DNA from: Verrucomicrobiota bacterium
GTDB lineage: Bacteria > Verrucomicrobiota > Verrucomicrobiia > Opitutales > Seribacteraceae
Length of the DNA stretch: 64,000 nucleotides
Direction: 5' to 3'
Assembly: GCA_027622665.1 (NCBI GenBank)
Contig: JAQBYT010000001.1
Location: forward strand, 64,001 to 128,000
Part shown: in pieces, positions 53,879-63,100 of the stretch
How the letters are laid out: each line of letters opens with the position of its first letter
Numbering within the stretch: the stretch's first letter is position 1
Program-made: the position numbers and the translations under genes
The notes under the pieces: model-generated
The model's database searches: none
Told to the model about the DNA's origin: nothing
What the model saw: the letters and a program-made list of their open reading frames with translations, nothing else

Positions 53879-53907
53879 CGCTCTCCTCGCCCGTTAACAT
53901 GTTCAGG

Positions 53908-53934
53908 AGCCGCCCGAAAGGGTCGGCTTTTTTT
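53908..53934 (+). terminator. Intrinsic terminator / attenuator hairpin
   Basis: AGCCG-CCC-GAAA-GGG-T-CGGCT: GNRA loop and one bulge, with a T7 run at 53928-53934. Confidence 0.8.
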
Positions 53935-53974
53935 GTGGGCGAGAAAAGTGCGTAACCAACAGGAGATACGCGCA

Positions 53975-54223
53975 ATGTACAATACACAGAACAGACTACA
54001 GTCACACGAAGAATTGGCTGTCCGCATAGACGATACAAATAGGAACCACCATATCTGGAACAATAATGGGACTTGGTGGGTTCACTACACGATATATCCA
54101 ACGCCGGTGACGGCAGAACGCCGCCGCCGTTCTCTTCGTACGAATGACACGGCGACCGCTCGATTTCGTCGTGATGCTTTGTTTTTGGAACTATCCTTGC
54201 AGGCAGAATCCAGGGCGGCTTGA
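53975..54223 (+). CDS. Small basic hypothetical protein resembling an integrase arm-type nucleic-acid-binding domain
   Basis: SD AGGAG at 53961 and ATG at 53975; core NHHIWNNNGTWWVHYT..ERRRRSLRTNDTATARFRRD. Confidence 0.7.
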   Translation: MYNTQNRLQSHEELAVRIDDTNRNHHIWNNNGTWWVHYTIYPTPVTAERRRRSLRTNDTATARFRRDALFLELSLQAESRAA

Positions 54224-54293
54224 TGTTACGGAAAATGTAGCATGAGCCACTTGAGCCTTGCCGACTAGAGCGAGAATGTCAAATTTGAGGTGC

Positions 54294-55586
54294 ATGAACT
54301 TCTCATGCCAACGAATCCCTTTTCTCCTCACCGTCTTGTCTCTTTCCTCCATGCTCGATCCCATATTGATCGAGGCCCAACCAAAAGGGTACAACTATGA
54401 AGAGGCGAAGGTACCCAAATTTAATTTGCCAGACCCTTTAATTTGCCTGGACGGCACAAAAGTCAAGGATGCCGAAATTTGGCAAAACAAGCGGCGACCT
54501 GAAATTCTTCGATTGTTCGAGGACGAGGTGTATGGGCGTGCTCCCGGCAAGCCACAGGCAATGCGTTTCGAGGTGGTCGAGAAGGGTGAGGACGCCTTGG
54601 GCGGCAAAGCTGTGCGCAGGCAAGTCGTCATCCATTTAGGCAAAGGCGAGAAGGCCCTCGCTGTAAACTTGCTGTTGTTCTTGCCAAAAAAGGCAAAAGG
54701 CTCCGTTCCGGGTTTTCTAACACTCAATTTTCGGGGAAATCACACAACGAACAGTGACCCTGCCATTCGCATTACAAAATCTTGGGTACCCAATGACCAC
54801 GGAACAAAAAACCACAGGGCGTCTGAGGCGGGCAGAGGTGGTCGGGCCTCACGCTGGGACATCGAGACCATCATATCCAGAGGCTATGCCTTTGGCACGA
54901 TCTATTGCGGAGACATTGATCCGGATTTCCATGACGGCTACGAAAATGGTCCCCACCCGCTCTTCCCTCCGAAAAGTGCGAAGAAGCGCAAGCCGACTGA
55001 CTGGGCATCCATCGCAGGTTGGGCTTGGGGCCTTAGCCGCGGTCTGGATTATCTTGAGACTGATGCGAATGTGGACGCCAAACGAGTCGCGGTCATGGGC
55101 CACTCCCGGCTCGGCAAAACTTCCCTGTGGGCAGGGGCCGCAGACGAACGCTTTGCTCTCGTCATTTCCAATGACTCGGGTTGTGGCGGGGCAGCCCTGA
55201 GTCGACGTAGGTTCGGCGAAACCGTCAAGCGCATCAACACCTCTTTCCCTCACTGGTTCTGTGGGAACTACAAGAAGTACAATGACAAGGAAGACGAGTG
55301 TCCCGTAGACCAGCACATGCTTATTGCCTTGGCCGCCCCGCGACCCGTGTACATCGCATCCGCCGAGGGCGACAGGTGGGCCGATCCCAACGGCGAATTC
55401 CTTTCAGCGCTGAATGCAGAGCCAGTCTACCAATTGTTCGGGCATTCATTCGGGGCTAGTAAGCAACCTCCTGTCAACAAGCCCGTCCACGGACGGATTG
55501 GCTACCATGTACGGACGGGCAAGCACGACGTAACCAGCTTCGATTGGGAGCAATACCTGAATTTCGCAGACAAGCACCTCAAGTAA
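54294..55586 (+). CDS. CE15 glucuronoyl esterase-like secreted hydrolase
   Basis: NYEEAKVP..LPDPL, AWGLSRGLDYL, GHSRLGK, SGCGGA, PVDQHML, WADP.GE, GKHDVT. Confidence 0.88.
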   Translation: MNFSCQRIPFLLTVLSLSSMLDPILIEAQPKGYNYEEAKVPKFNLPDPLICLDGTKVKDAEIWQNKRRPEILRLFEDEVYGRAPGKPQAMRFEVVEKGEDALGGKAVRRQVVIHLGKGEKALAVNLLLFLPKKAKGSVPGFLTLNFRGNHTTNSDPAIRITKSWVPNDHGTKNHRASEAGRGGRASRWDIETIISRGYAFGTIYCGDIDPDFHDGYENGPHPLFPPKSAKKRKPTDWASIAGWAWGLSRGLDYLETDANVDAKRVAVMGHSRLGKTSLWAGAADERFALVISNDSGCGGAALSRRRFGETVKRINTSFPHWFCGNYKKYNDKEDECPVDQHMLIALAAPRPVYIASAEGDRWADPNGEFLSALNAEPVYQLFGHSFGASKQPPVNKPVHGRIGYHVRTGKHDVTSFDWEQYLNFADKHLK

Positions 55587-55605
55587 AGCTTTTGGACTAC
55601 TAACG

Positions 55606-57546
55606 ATGAAACGCTTCTCCCATCTTCTCTCATCTCTACTCCTACCCATACTCCTTGGGGCGGAGAAACCCTCTCTCGAGGACATCGAGAAGCAATTGTC
55701 CCGACCCATCCTTACGGCAGACCAATCCCTTGAGGAGGTTCAAGCCTTTTGCGAAAGTCGGGTTCCCGATGTTCCCGATTTCAAGGAACCCAATGCATGG
55801 CTTAAGGAATCAACCCGTATTCGACGAGAGGTTCTAGACAAAATCGTCTTCCGAGGATCGGAAGGGAAAAAATGGCGAAATGCTAAAACGAAAGTGGTGT
55901 GGGACGAGGTTATGGAAAACCTTCCGGGCTACCGTATTCGGAAACTACGCTTTGAAATCCTTCCGGGATGGTGGGCCCCGGCGTTGCTCTACGAACCGGA
56001 AAAGTTGTCTGGAAAGGTACCGGTCGTGGTTAACGTGAACGGACACGGTAGTGCGGGCAAGGCACTCGACTACAAACAAATCCGCTGCATAAACCAAGCC
56101 AAGCGCGGCATGCTCGCACTAAACGTGGAGTGGATCGGTATGGGCCAGCTCCGAAAAGGCGTCGTGCATTACCAGCTCGGCCAACTCGACTTATGTGGCA
56201 CTAGTGGCCTTACGCCCTTCTTTCTGAACTGTTCACGGGCCCTCGACCTGCTTCTCTCTCATCCCAACGCAGATCCCGAACGCGTAGCCGTAGCGGGCCT
56301 TTCGGGAGGTGGTTGGCAAACAATTTTCTTCAGTTCTCTCGACCACCGGGTTAAGCTTGCAAACCCCGTTGCAGGCTATTCGAGCTTTAAAACACGGGCA
56401 CGCCACTTCTCCGATCTAGGGGACTCCGAACAAACACCGAACGATCTCGCCACCATCGCCGATTACACGCACCTTACAGCCATGCTTTCGGATCGGGCTC
56501 TGCTCCTGACGAAAAACGCACAGGACAAATGTTGCTTCGCCGCGCCTCACTCTTTGCCTCCGTTGATGGAGGCGGCCAAGCCGAAATTCGCCTTGCTGGG
56601 CCGGGAAAAGTTCTTGCGTTCGCACATCAACCACGATCCGGGCACCCACAACTTCGAGAAGGACAATCGGCAGCAGCTCTACAGGATTCTCGGCGATGTC
56701 TTTTACCCGAAAAATCCCGATTACGACTGGAAGGAAATTCCATCGGGGGATGAGGTGAAGACTTATGACGAACTTGTGGTCCCTTTGCCGGAGGACAATT
56801 TGAATTTCAACAAGATCGCCCTGAGACTTGCCAAAGACTTGCCAAGGAATCCATTTCCGAAAAGGCAAACCACGCCTGAAGGTTTTCGCAGGTTGGCCAG
56901 CAATCTTCTGAAGGAAACGATCCACTTCACCAACTACGAGGCGAAGGCAGACATTATTGCCGAAGAAAAGCTCGACGAAATGAAAGTCATCCACCGCTTG
57001 TTCCGTTTCGGCAAGGAATGGTCGTCGCCCGCAACCGAGTTCGTCCCCGCGAAACCCAAAGGAACCGTCTTGCTCGTAGGTGATTCGGGGAGAGCCAAGC
57101 TCGCCAAGGAAGTGGCAAGAGCACTCGCCGAGGGGAAGCGCGTTCTCGCCATCGACCCTTTCTATTTCGGCGAATCCAAGATTCGTACCCATGACTTCCT
57201 CTTCGCCATCTTGGTTGCCGCCGTAGGGGAACGACCTCTCGGAATTCAAGCCTCGCAGATTGCCGCCTCTGCCAGTTGGTTGAGAGAGAATGCCGGAACC
57301 GCCGTGGAGATTCGTTCATACGGACCCCGTTCAAGCCTCTTCGCTCTCATCGCCGCAGTTCTTGAAAAGAAAGCCATCGGCTCACTAGAAGCCCACGATT
57401 CCCTTAAAAGCTTGAAGGAGATTCTCAACAACAATTGGGGAGCCAACAAATATCCGGAACTCCTTTGCTTCGGATTGCTGGAGCATTTCGACGTACCGCT
57501 TCTCAAAAGCCTCGCCCAACCCTCTAAGGTTACCCTCCTGCCATGA
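55606..57546 (+). CDS. Secreted alpha/beta hydrolase (acetylxylan-esterase-like) with a degenerate second hydrolase-like domain
   Basis: VNVNGH, RALDLL..DPERVAVAGLSGGGWQT (GxSxG), GTHNF. Confidence 0.7.
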   Translation: MKRFSHLLSSLLLPILLGAEKPSLEDIEKQLSRPILTADQSLEEVQAFCESRVPDVPDFKEPNAWLKESTRIRREVLDKIVFRGSEGKKWRNAKTKVVWDEVMENLPGYRIRKLRFEILPGWWAPALLYEPEKLSGKVPVVVNVNGHGSAGKALDYKQIRCINQAKRGMLALNVEWIGMGQLRKGVVHYQLGQLDLCGTSGLTPFFLNCSRALDLLLSHPNADPERVAVAGLSGGGWQTIFFSSLDHRVKLANPVAGYSSFKTRARHFSDLGDSEQTPNDLATIADYTHLTAMLSDRALLLTKNAQDKCCFAAPHSLPPLMEAAKPKFALLGREKFLRSHINHDPGTHNFEKDNRQQLYRILGDVFYPKNPDYDWKEIPSGDEVKTYDELVVPLPEDNLNFNKIALRLAKDLPRNPFPKRQTTPEGFRRLASNLLKETIHFTNYEAKADIIAEEKLDEMKVIHRLFRFGKEWSSPATEFVPAKPKGTVLLVGDSGRAKLAKEVARALAEGKRVLAIDPFYFGESKIRTHDFLFAILVAAVGERPLGIQASQIAASASWLRENAGTAVEIRSYGPRSSLFALIAAVLEKKAIGSLEAHDSLKSLKEILNNNWGANKYPELLCFGLLEHFDVPLLKSLAQPSKVTLLP

Positions 57547-58595
57547 GTCGACTTGTCATCCCTACGCTCGTCCTAACCGTCGGACTTCTGTTCTCGATAA
57601 CGCTTTCTCAAGCTGAAAAACCCCTTGGCGTGATCGCTTTTGGCTCTTGTCTCAAGGAAAGTCGACCACAGCCGATTTGGGAGGGCGTCATAGCTGCCAA
57701 TCCCGATGTTTTCGTTCTGCTCGGCGACAACATATACGGCGACACCCGCGACATGAAGAAGCTCAGGGGCAAATGGGATGCCTTTGCCGCGGTGTCTGGA
57801 TTTAGCAAACTGAAAACGCAATGTCGCCTCCTCGCGACATGGGACGATCACGACTACGGCGAAAACGATGCCGGCATCGAATATCCGAAGAAAGCCGAGT
57901 CGCAGCAAATCTTCCTCGACTTCCTCGATGAACCCAAGGATTCCGCTCGTCGCAACACGCCAGGCATCTATGATCAAGTCACTATCGGCCCGAAAGGGAA
58001 ACGCGTTCAGTTCATCCTCTTGGACACACGCTATTTCCGCACCGCCCTGAAACGCGCGCCAAAACGAGAAAAAGGCAAGGGTCCCTATGGACCGGATGAA
58101 TCGGACAAGGCAGAGGTACTTGGGGAAGCGCAGTGGAAGTGGCTGGAGAAAACACTGCTCGAGCCAGCGGAGGTCCGCATCATTGCATCTAGTATTCAAG
58201 TCGTTTCAACGACACACGGTTGGGAAACTTGGGGAAACTTCCCGAAGGAACGGAAACGCTTCCTTGAGTTACTGAAAAGAACCAAGGCCAACGGCGTAAT
58301 CATCCTCAGCGGTGACCGACATTCCGCAGAGATCTCGAAGCTGAACGGCTCTCTCCCCTACCCTCTTTTCGACGTCACCTCCAGCGCCATGAACCAAGCG
58401 CAAAGGCCAGACGAAGAGGAAAACCGGCACCGGGAGGGCGATCGCTACTTCAGGGAAAACTTCGGCGTACTGAAGATTAATTGGTCGAAGCCCGTACCTC
58501 GCGTCACCATGGAAATTCGAGACCTTGTCGGCAAAGTGGTTCGCACGACGCAGGTCGACCTTCCTGAGTCCAGTAACCCTCGACAGTCGCCTTGA
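57543..58595 (+). CDS. PhoD-like alkaline phosphatase
   Basis: IAFGSC, LGDNIYGD, TWDDHDYG, LLDTRYFR, LSGDRH. Confidence 0.88.
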   Translation: MSRLVIPTLVLTVGLLFSITLSQAEKPLGVIAFGSCLKESRPQPIWEGVIAANPDVFVLLGDNIYGDTRDMKKLRGKWDAFAAVSGFSKLKTQCRLLATWDDHDYGENDAGIEYPKKAESQQIFLDFLDEPKDSARRNTPGIYDQVTIGPKGKRVQFILLDTRYFRTALKRAPKREKGKGPYGPDESDKAEVLGEAQWKWLEKTLLEPAEVRIIASSIQVVSTTHGWETWGNFPKERKRFLELLKRTKANGVIILSGDRHSAEISKLNGSLPYPLFDVTSSAMNQAQRPDEEENRHREGDRYFRENFGVLKINWSKPVPRVTMEIRDLVGKVVRTTQVDLPESSNPRQSP

Positions 58596-58621
58596 CTTCC
58601 TTTGGCTCCAAGGAATAGGAT
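58592..58621 (+). promoter_or_regulatory. Sigma70-type promoter, probably leaderless transcript
   Basis: TTGACT-N18-TAGGAT-N6-ATG (ATG at 58628). Confidence 0.55.
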
Positions 58622-58627
58622 AAGCTC

Positions 58628-60097
58628 ATGCTGATGAACCAGCCCACAGCCAACGGACACCTCTCGAGAGGCATCTCTCGTCGGGCAGCTATACGTGCGG
58701 GTACTCTGGGGTTAATGGGCGGACTGGGCATGTGCGATGTCGCACATCTGCGTGCCACGCCGGGGTCGGGCGGCACGATTCCCGTAGGTCGGGCAAAGTC
58801 CGTAATATATATCTTTCTTTCCGGAGGATTGGCCCAGCACGAAAGCTTCGACATGAAGCCGGGCGCTCCCATCGAGAACCGAGGCGAATTCAACCCGATA
58901 CCCACGAAAACAGCAGGCATCCAAATCTGCGAACACTTGCCTAAGCTGGCCAAGCTATCGAACAAATGGGCTCTGGTGCGCTCTCTTACGCATCGCCACA
59001 ACCAGCATTCGCAAGGACATCACGTTATGCTCACGGGTCGTTCGGAAGAACCCGACGGTTTCAAACCCAACAAGCCTCAGGACTCAGACGACCCTAGCAT
59101 CGCGGCCATCTGCAACTCCCTTCTTCGACCGAGTGGCTCAGCTCCAACTCCCGTAGTGGTCATGCCCGACAAGATCGTTCACCGTACCGGTCGCGTAATT
59201 CCCGGCCAATTCGCTGGACGCATGGGGAAGACCCAAGACCCGTGGCTTCTTGAAGTTTCCCCCTATCACCCGCTTCACTACGGTGCCTATCCGAATTATC
59301 TCTTTCATCATGCAAAGGGCGCCAAGGAAGACAACGGTCTCGTTTTCCGGGCACCGCACTTGTCCCTTCCTTCCGGCTTGAACTTGCGACGCGTCGCTGA
59401 CCGCACCTCCCTACGGCAAGATCTGGAAAACCAGTCTCGCACCTTGGAAAGCGCGGCCGGGGACGAAGCCTTCGACAGGTATCGCGAGGCCGCTGTCGAC
59501 TTGCTTGCCAACGGGGACGTCCATTCGGCATTCGATCTCTCGAAGGCCAATCCCAAGCAAATCGAACGCTATGGCAACCACAGTTTCGGTTGGTCTCTGC
59601 TGATGGCCCGCAACCTTGTCACCGCCGGAGTGAACCTGGTGCAAGTCAACCTCGGAAACAACGAAACTTGGGACACCCACCAAGCCGCATTTCCAAACCT
59701 AAAGAATTTCCTGCTTCCACCTCTCGACCACTCCTTGAGCGCACTGTTGGAGGACCTCGACGCCTCCGGCTTGCTCGCCGAAACAATGGTGGTGGTAGCC
59801 AGCGAATTTGGCCGAACGCCTAAAATCATCAGGCTACCCAGCGCAAAATTGCCTGGTCGGGATCATTGGGGAGCCGTCCAATCCGCTTTATTTGCCGGGG
59901 GGGGCGTGAAAGGCGGCACAGTCATTGGTTCCTCGGACAAGATCGGGGGCTACCCTGCGGATGACCCCCAAAAACCAGAAAACTTCGCCGCCACCATTTA
60001 CGATGCCCTTGGTATTCCTCGCGGAACTCATTGGAAAGACCTAGGAGGACGCCCTTACTCCGTCTACCATGCCGACCCCATCGGCGGACTAACTTGA
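58628..60097 (+). CDS. DUF1501 family protein (Tat signal)
   Basis: ISRRAAIR, FLSGGLAQHESFDMKP, WDTH, SEFGRTP, GRDHW. Confidence 0.9.
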   Translation: MLMNQPTANGHLSRGISRRAAIRAGTLGLMGGLGMCDVAHLRATPGSGGTIPVGRAKSVIYIFLSGGLAQHESFDMKPGAPIENRGEFNPIPTKTAGIQICEHLPKLAKLSNKWALVRSLTHRHNQHSQGHHVMLTGRSEEPDGFKPNKPQDSDDPSIAAICNSLLRPSGSAPTPVVVMPDKIVHRTGRVIPGQFAGRMGKTQDPWLLEVSPYHPLHYGAYPNYLFHHAKGAKEDNGLVFRAPHLSLPSGLNLRRVADRTSLRQDLENQSRTLESAAGDEAFDRYREAAVDLLANGDVHSAFDLSKANPKQIERYGNHSFGWSLLMARNLVTAGVNLVQVNLGNNETWDTHQAAFPNLKNFLLPPLDHSLSALLEDLDASGLLAETMVVVASEFGRTPKIIRLPSAKLPGRDHWGAVQSALFAGGGVKGGTVIGSSDKIGGYPADDPQKPENFAATIYDALGIPRGTHWKDLGGRPYSVYHADPIGGLT

Positions 60098-60132
60098 TCG
60101 ATTTCTGTTTTCGGGACCCCTAGACAACAGTC

Positions 60133-63100
60133 TTACTCAACTCTTTCGGGCAGGAGTGTGGGGTCGGTGCCGAGACTACCGTAGAGACGATCGAGAGCGT
60201 CGGTGTCATCGAGGCGAGCAAGAGCACTGGCGCAAAACTCTCGGCTCTCGACCAGTCCGAGGCGTTTGGCTGTTTCTTGATTAGTCTCGTCCTTGAGAAA
60301 TTCGGTTACGTAGTCGAGACGCCCTTGCCAGTACTGCCGGGTAACGTCTAGTCGGGCGACCAGACGTTCTTTATACCATTCGGACGCCAAGATTTCATCG
60401 GCATCAAAAAGCTTTCTGAACTCAGGATCATTGAGCCCAAGCCCTTCCCAATCGCCATGTGCCATAACGTTTAGCAATGCTCGTAAAGGAGGACAAGCCC
60501 GCTCCACGGAACCATCCTCGAAATAACGCCGAGCCACATCGCGCTGAGCCTCCACAACGTTTGCGACGCTTTCGGCGTATTCGTCGGGATCCTGCAGTTC
60601 CGGCCGCAACATTTCATCGGGAAATACGGATACTGGGTCGGTAAAGATTCGGCCTAGGAAGGCGTGGGCGAAGCGATGGGTGATACGGTATCCAAGACGG
60701 CTGGAAGGATAGGTCTTTCCGTTGTGGGTGAAGTCGGGGACAGGCTCGAGATAACCTTGAGCCATCATTTCCCGGGGATCGTTTTCTTCTTTGAGGAAAC
60801 GGCTCCAAATTTCAGGAATTAAAAGGCTTACGTCGTGGTTGACTTTGTATTTTGGGCCGATGCACCCGGCGGAAGTAACGAAAGCTCCCTGCCGCGTGGC
60901 GGCGTAGGAAACCAGGGCGGCATTGAGGTCATGGATGGGCAAGATGGCGTTGAATGGTCCCTTGGTCATCGCACCTTCCGAACCTGCTCCCGTGGTCGAG
61001 GGAGATTTCCCCGTGAGGCTCGCTATGCAGTCCATAAAGAACTCGGGCAATTCCAAATAGTGGATCGGGGCAAAACAAGAAAGCGGTCGAATCCCGTTCT
61101 TGGCGTTTCCTGCATTGTTGCGACGCCCCGGGAGCACGGCCCGCACGGGGTACAAAACCTTCTTATCCATGGAAAGGCTGCGCCGCATGCGGGTCCCCAA
61201 TCGAGCAAGATATACGGAACGAGGATCGAGCAGATCGGGACGAGTCTGGAGGTAACGCGGGTTCTTGGATGGCTTTCCGTCTACGAGGCGGGGGTTTGCC
61301 GAGGAGACAAAGTAATTCGTGCCTTCCTCACTTTCGGCGGCCTCGCGGATAAGGGCTTGCATGGGTTCGGTGTATTCCTCGAAATCGAGGGTCTTTTCCA
61401 CTTGGGCTATCCCTTCCTCGCGGGTAAGGGGCTGAAAATTGCTTATAAAGTTCCCAGGCGAGGATAGGTCGATTTCCGTTTGCTTGTCGAAACCACGTAG
61501 AATCGCATCGTCTGGGCGCTGAAAAAGACGGTATTCGCAGTTGTGGACAAACTTGACCGACTCTCCAAAAGAACCCGGCCCCACATCGTAGAGCAGGCCC
61601 AGAGGAGCTACGGTGGAGGCGGTTATATCGTCCTCCGCAATGAGTTTTACGGCGGGTATGAAGTCTTTTCTCAGGGCAAACAGTCGCCACGCTCCGTTCT
61701 CGTCGAACCCAACCCGGAGGTAGCGCGTGATTAGCTTTTGGCCCTTGTAGCGAAGCTCATTGGCGGGCTGCCCGTTCACGGAGTCCACGCTGAAACCTTT
61801 TAGCCACTCATCTCCCAGTTCGGAACGGTGTCGACGCTTGATGATAAGCACGAGGTCCTTAACTCTCTGCGAAATATTGGTCAGCCACTCGTTGTATTCC
61901 AGCGTGTAAAGCGTTTCCGATGGCGTTAGCAGTTTGATTACCGAACCGAGCGACCGCTCGGGGCTGAGTATGGAACGATTCCGGATAAGATGAGCCTCGG
62001 GCTTGAGGAAGCGGTCGGAATAATCTCGTTCCAAAATTTCACGGGCGAGGGCCATGTCTTCTTCCCAATCCGCGACGAATACCGGGCCACTGACGATCGC
62101 GTCAGTGAGAGGCTTGGAAATCTCCGATTTTCCACCTCCCGAAACCGTGCATGGCTTATGGCAGAGGTACCCCTCCCCCACCGTTCCAACGAGTTTCCAT
62201 GGGCCGTTTGTCTCCACCTTCTTCATCTCCACCTTGTAACCCGAAGGCAGAACGTACACGGAGCCCGGCCTAAGTGAAATTTCTTGGTCGCTTCCATCGG
62301 TGTCGTTCCACCGCACCCACTGCTCTCGCAAACTGAAGCGAGCCTCCTTTGGAAGGTAAAAGATGGAAGAGTAACGCTTGTCCACGGCATAACCCCCATC
62401 GCGTTCCTCCCAAAGATCGGAATAGAGGTTGCGGTTTTCATCATAGGTCTGCGGAGTAGCCGGCAAGATTTTAGCAGGATCGAATTCCTCTCCCAGATCG
62501 TAGCTTGGGAAAACGATCGCTCCGCCGGCATGTTCCTCCTCGGAAAGGCCGGAGAGGTTGGCGGAGAAACTGATCTGCGTCTTTACCTCCTTCTTGCAAT
62601 AGCCGAAATAATTGTCGGCCAGCACCGTGAAGATCAGGCCGCTTGCGTCTCGGCAGGTGAGCTTGAAGGGTTGTCCGTCGTTGTACAGTTCCTCGGGGTC
62701 TCGCCAAAACATTCCGTCACGCAGTTGGCGCTCGGTCGCCTTGCTTTCCGGAGGCAGGCCGAGATCTTTCTTTTTAACGTTTGTCAAATGTGGGGCCACA
62801 ACCACACAGCCCGTATGTCCCGTCCAGTTTTCTACATCCAACCCCGCATCGTTCTCGATAAGGAAGGGATCGCCCGCGTTGCCGAAGATACTCTCCACGA
62901 AGTCCAAGTTGGCCACGCAACTGGCAGGAGCGAAAAAGCGGGTCTCCAATGATTTTTCTCGAACAAACCCATCGACCTCCGGGCAAACCACCGGACGTAG
63001 CAAAAGTGAGGTCCAACCATAAGCGGGTTCCTCGCTTTCCGCCGAAAAAGGCAACAGCAGAGAATCCCTAGGTGCATCGAAGGCTGCCCGAAACAAGCCT

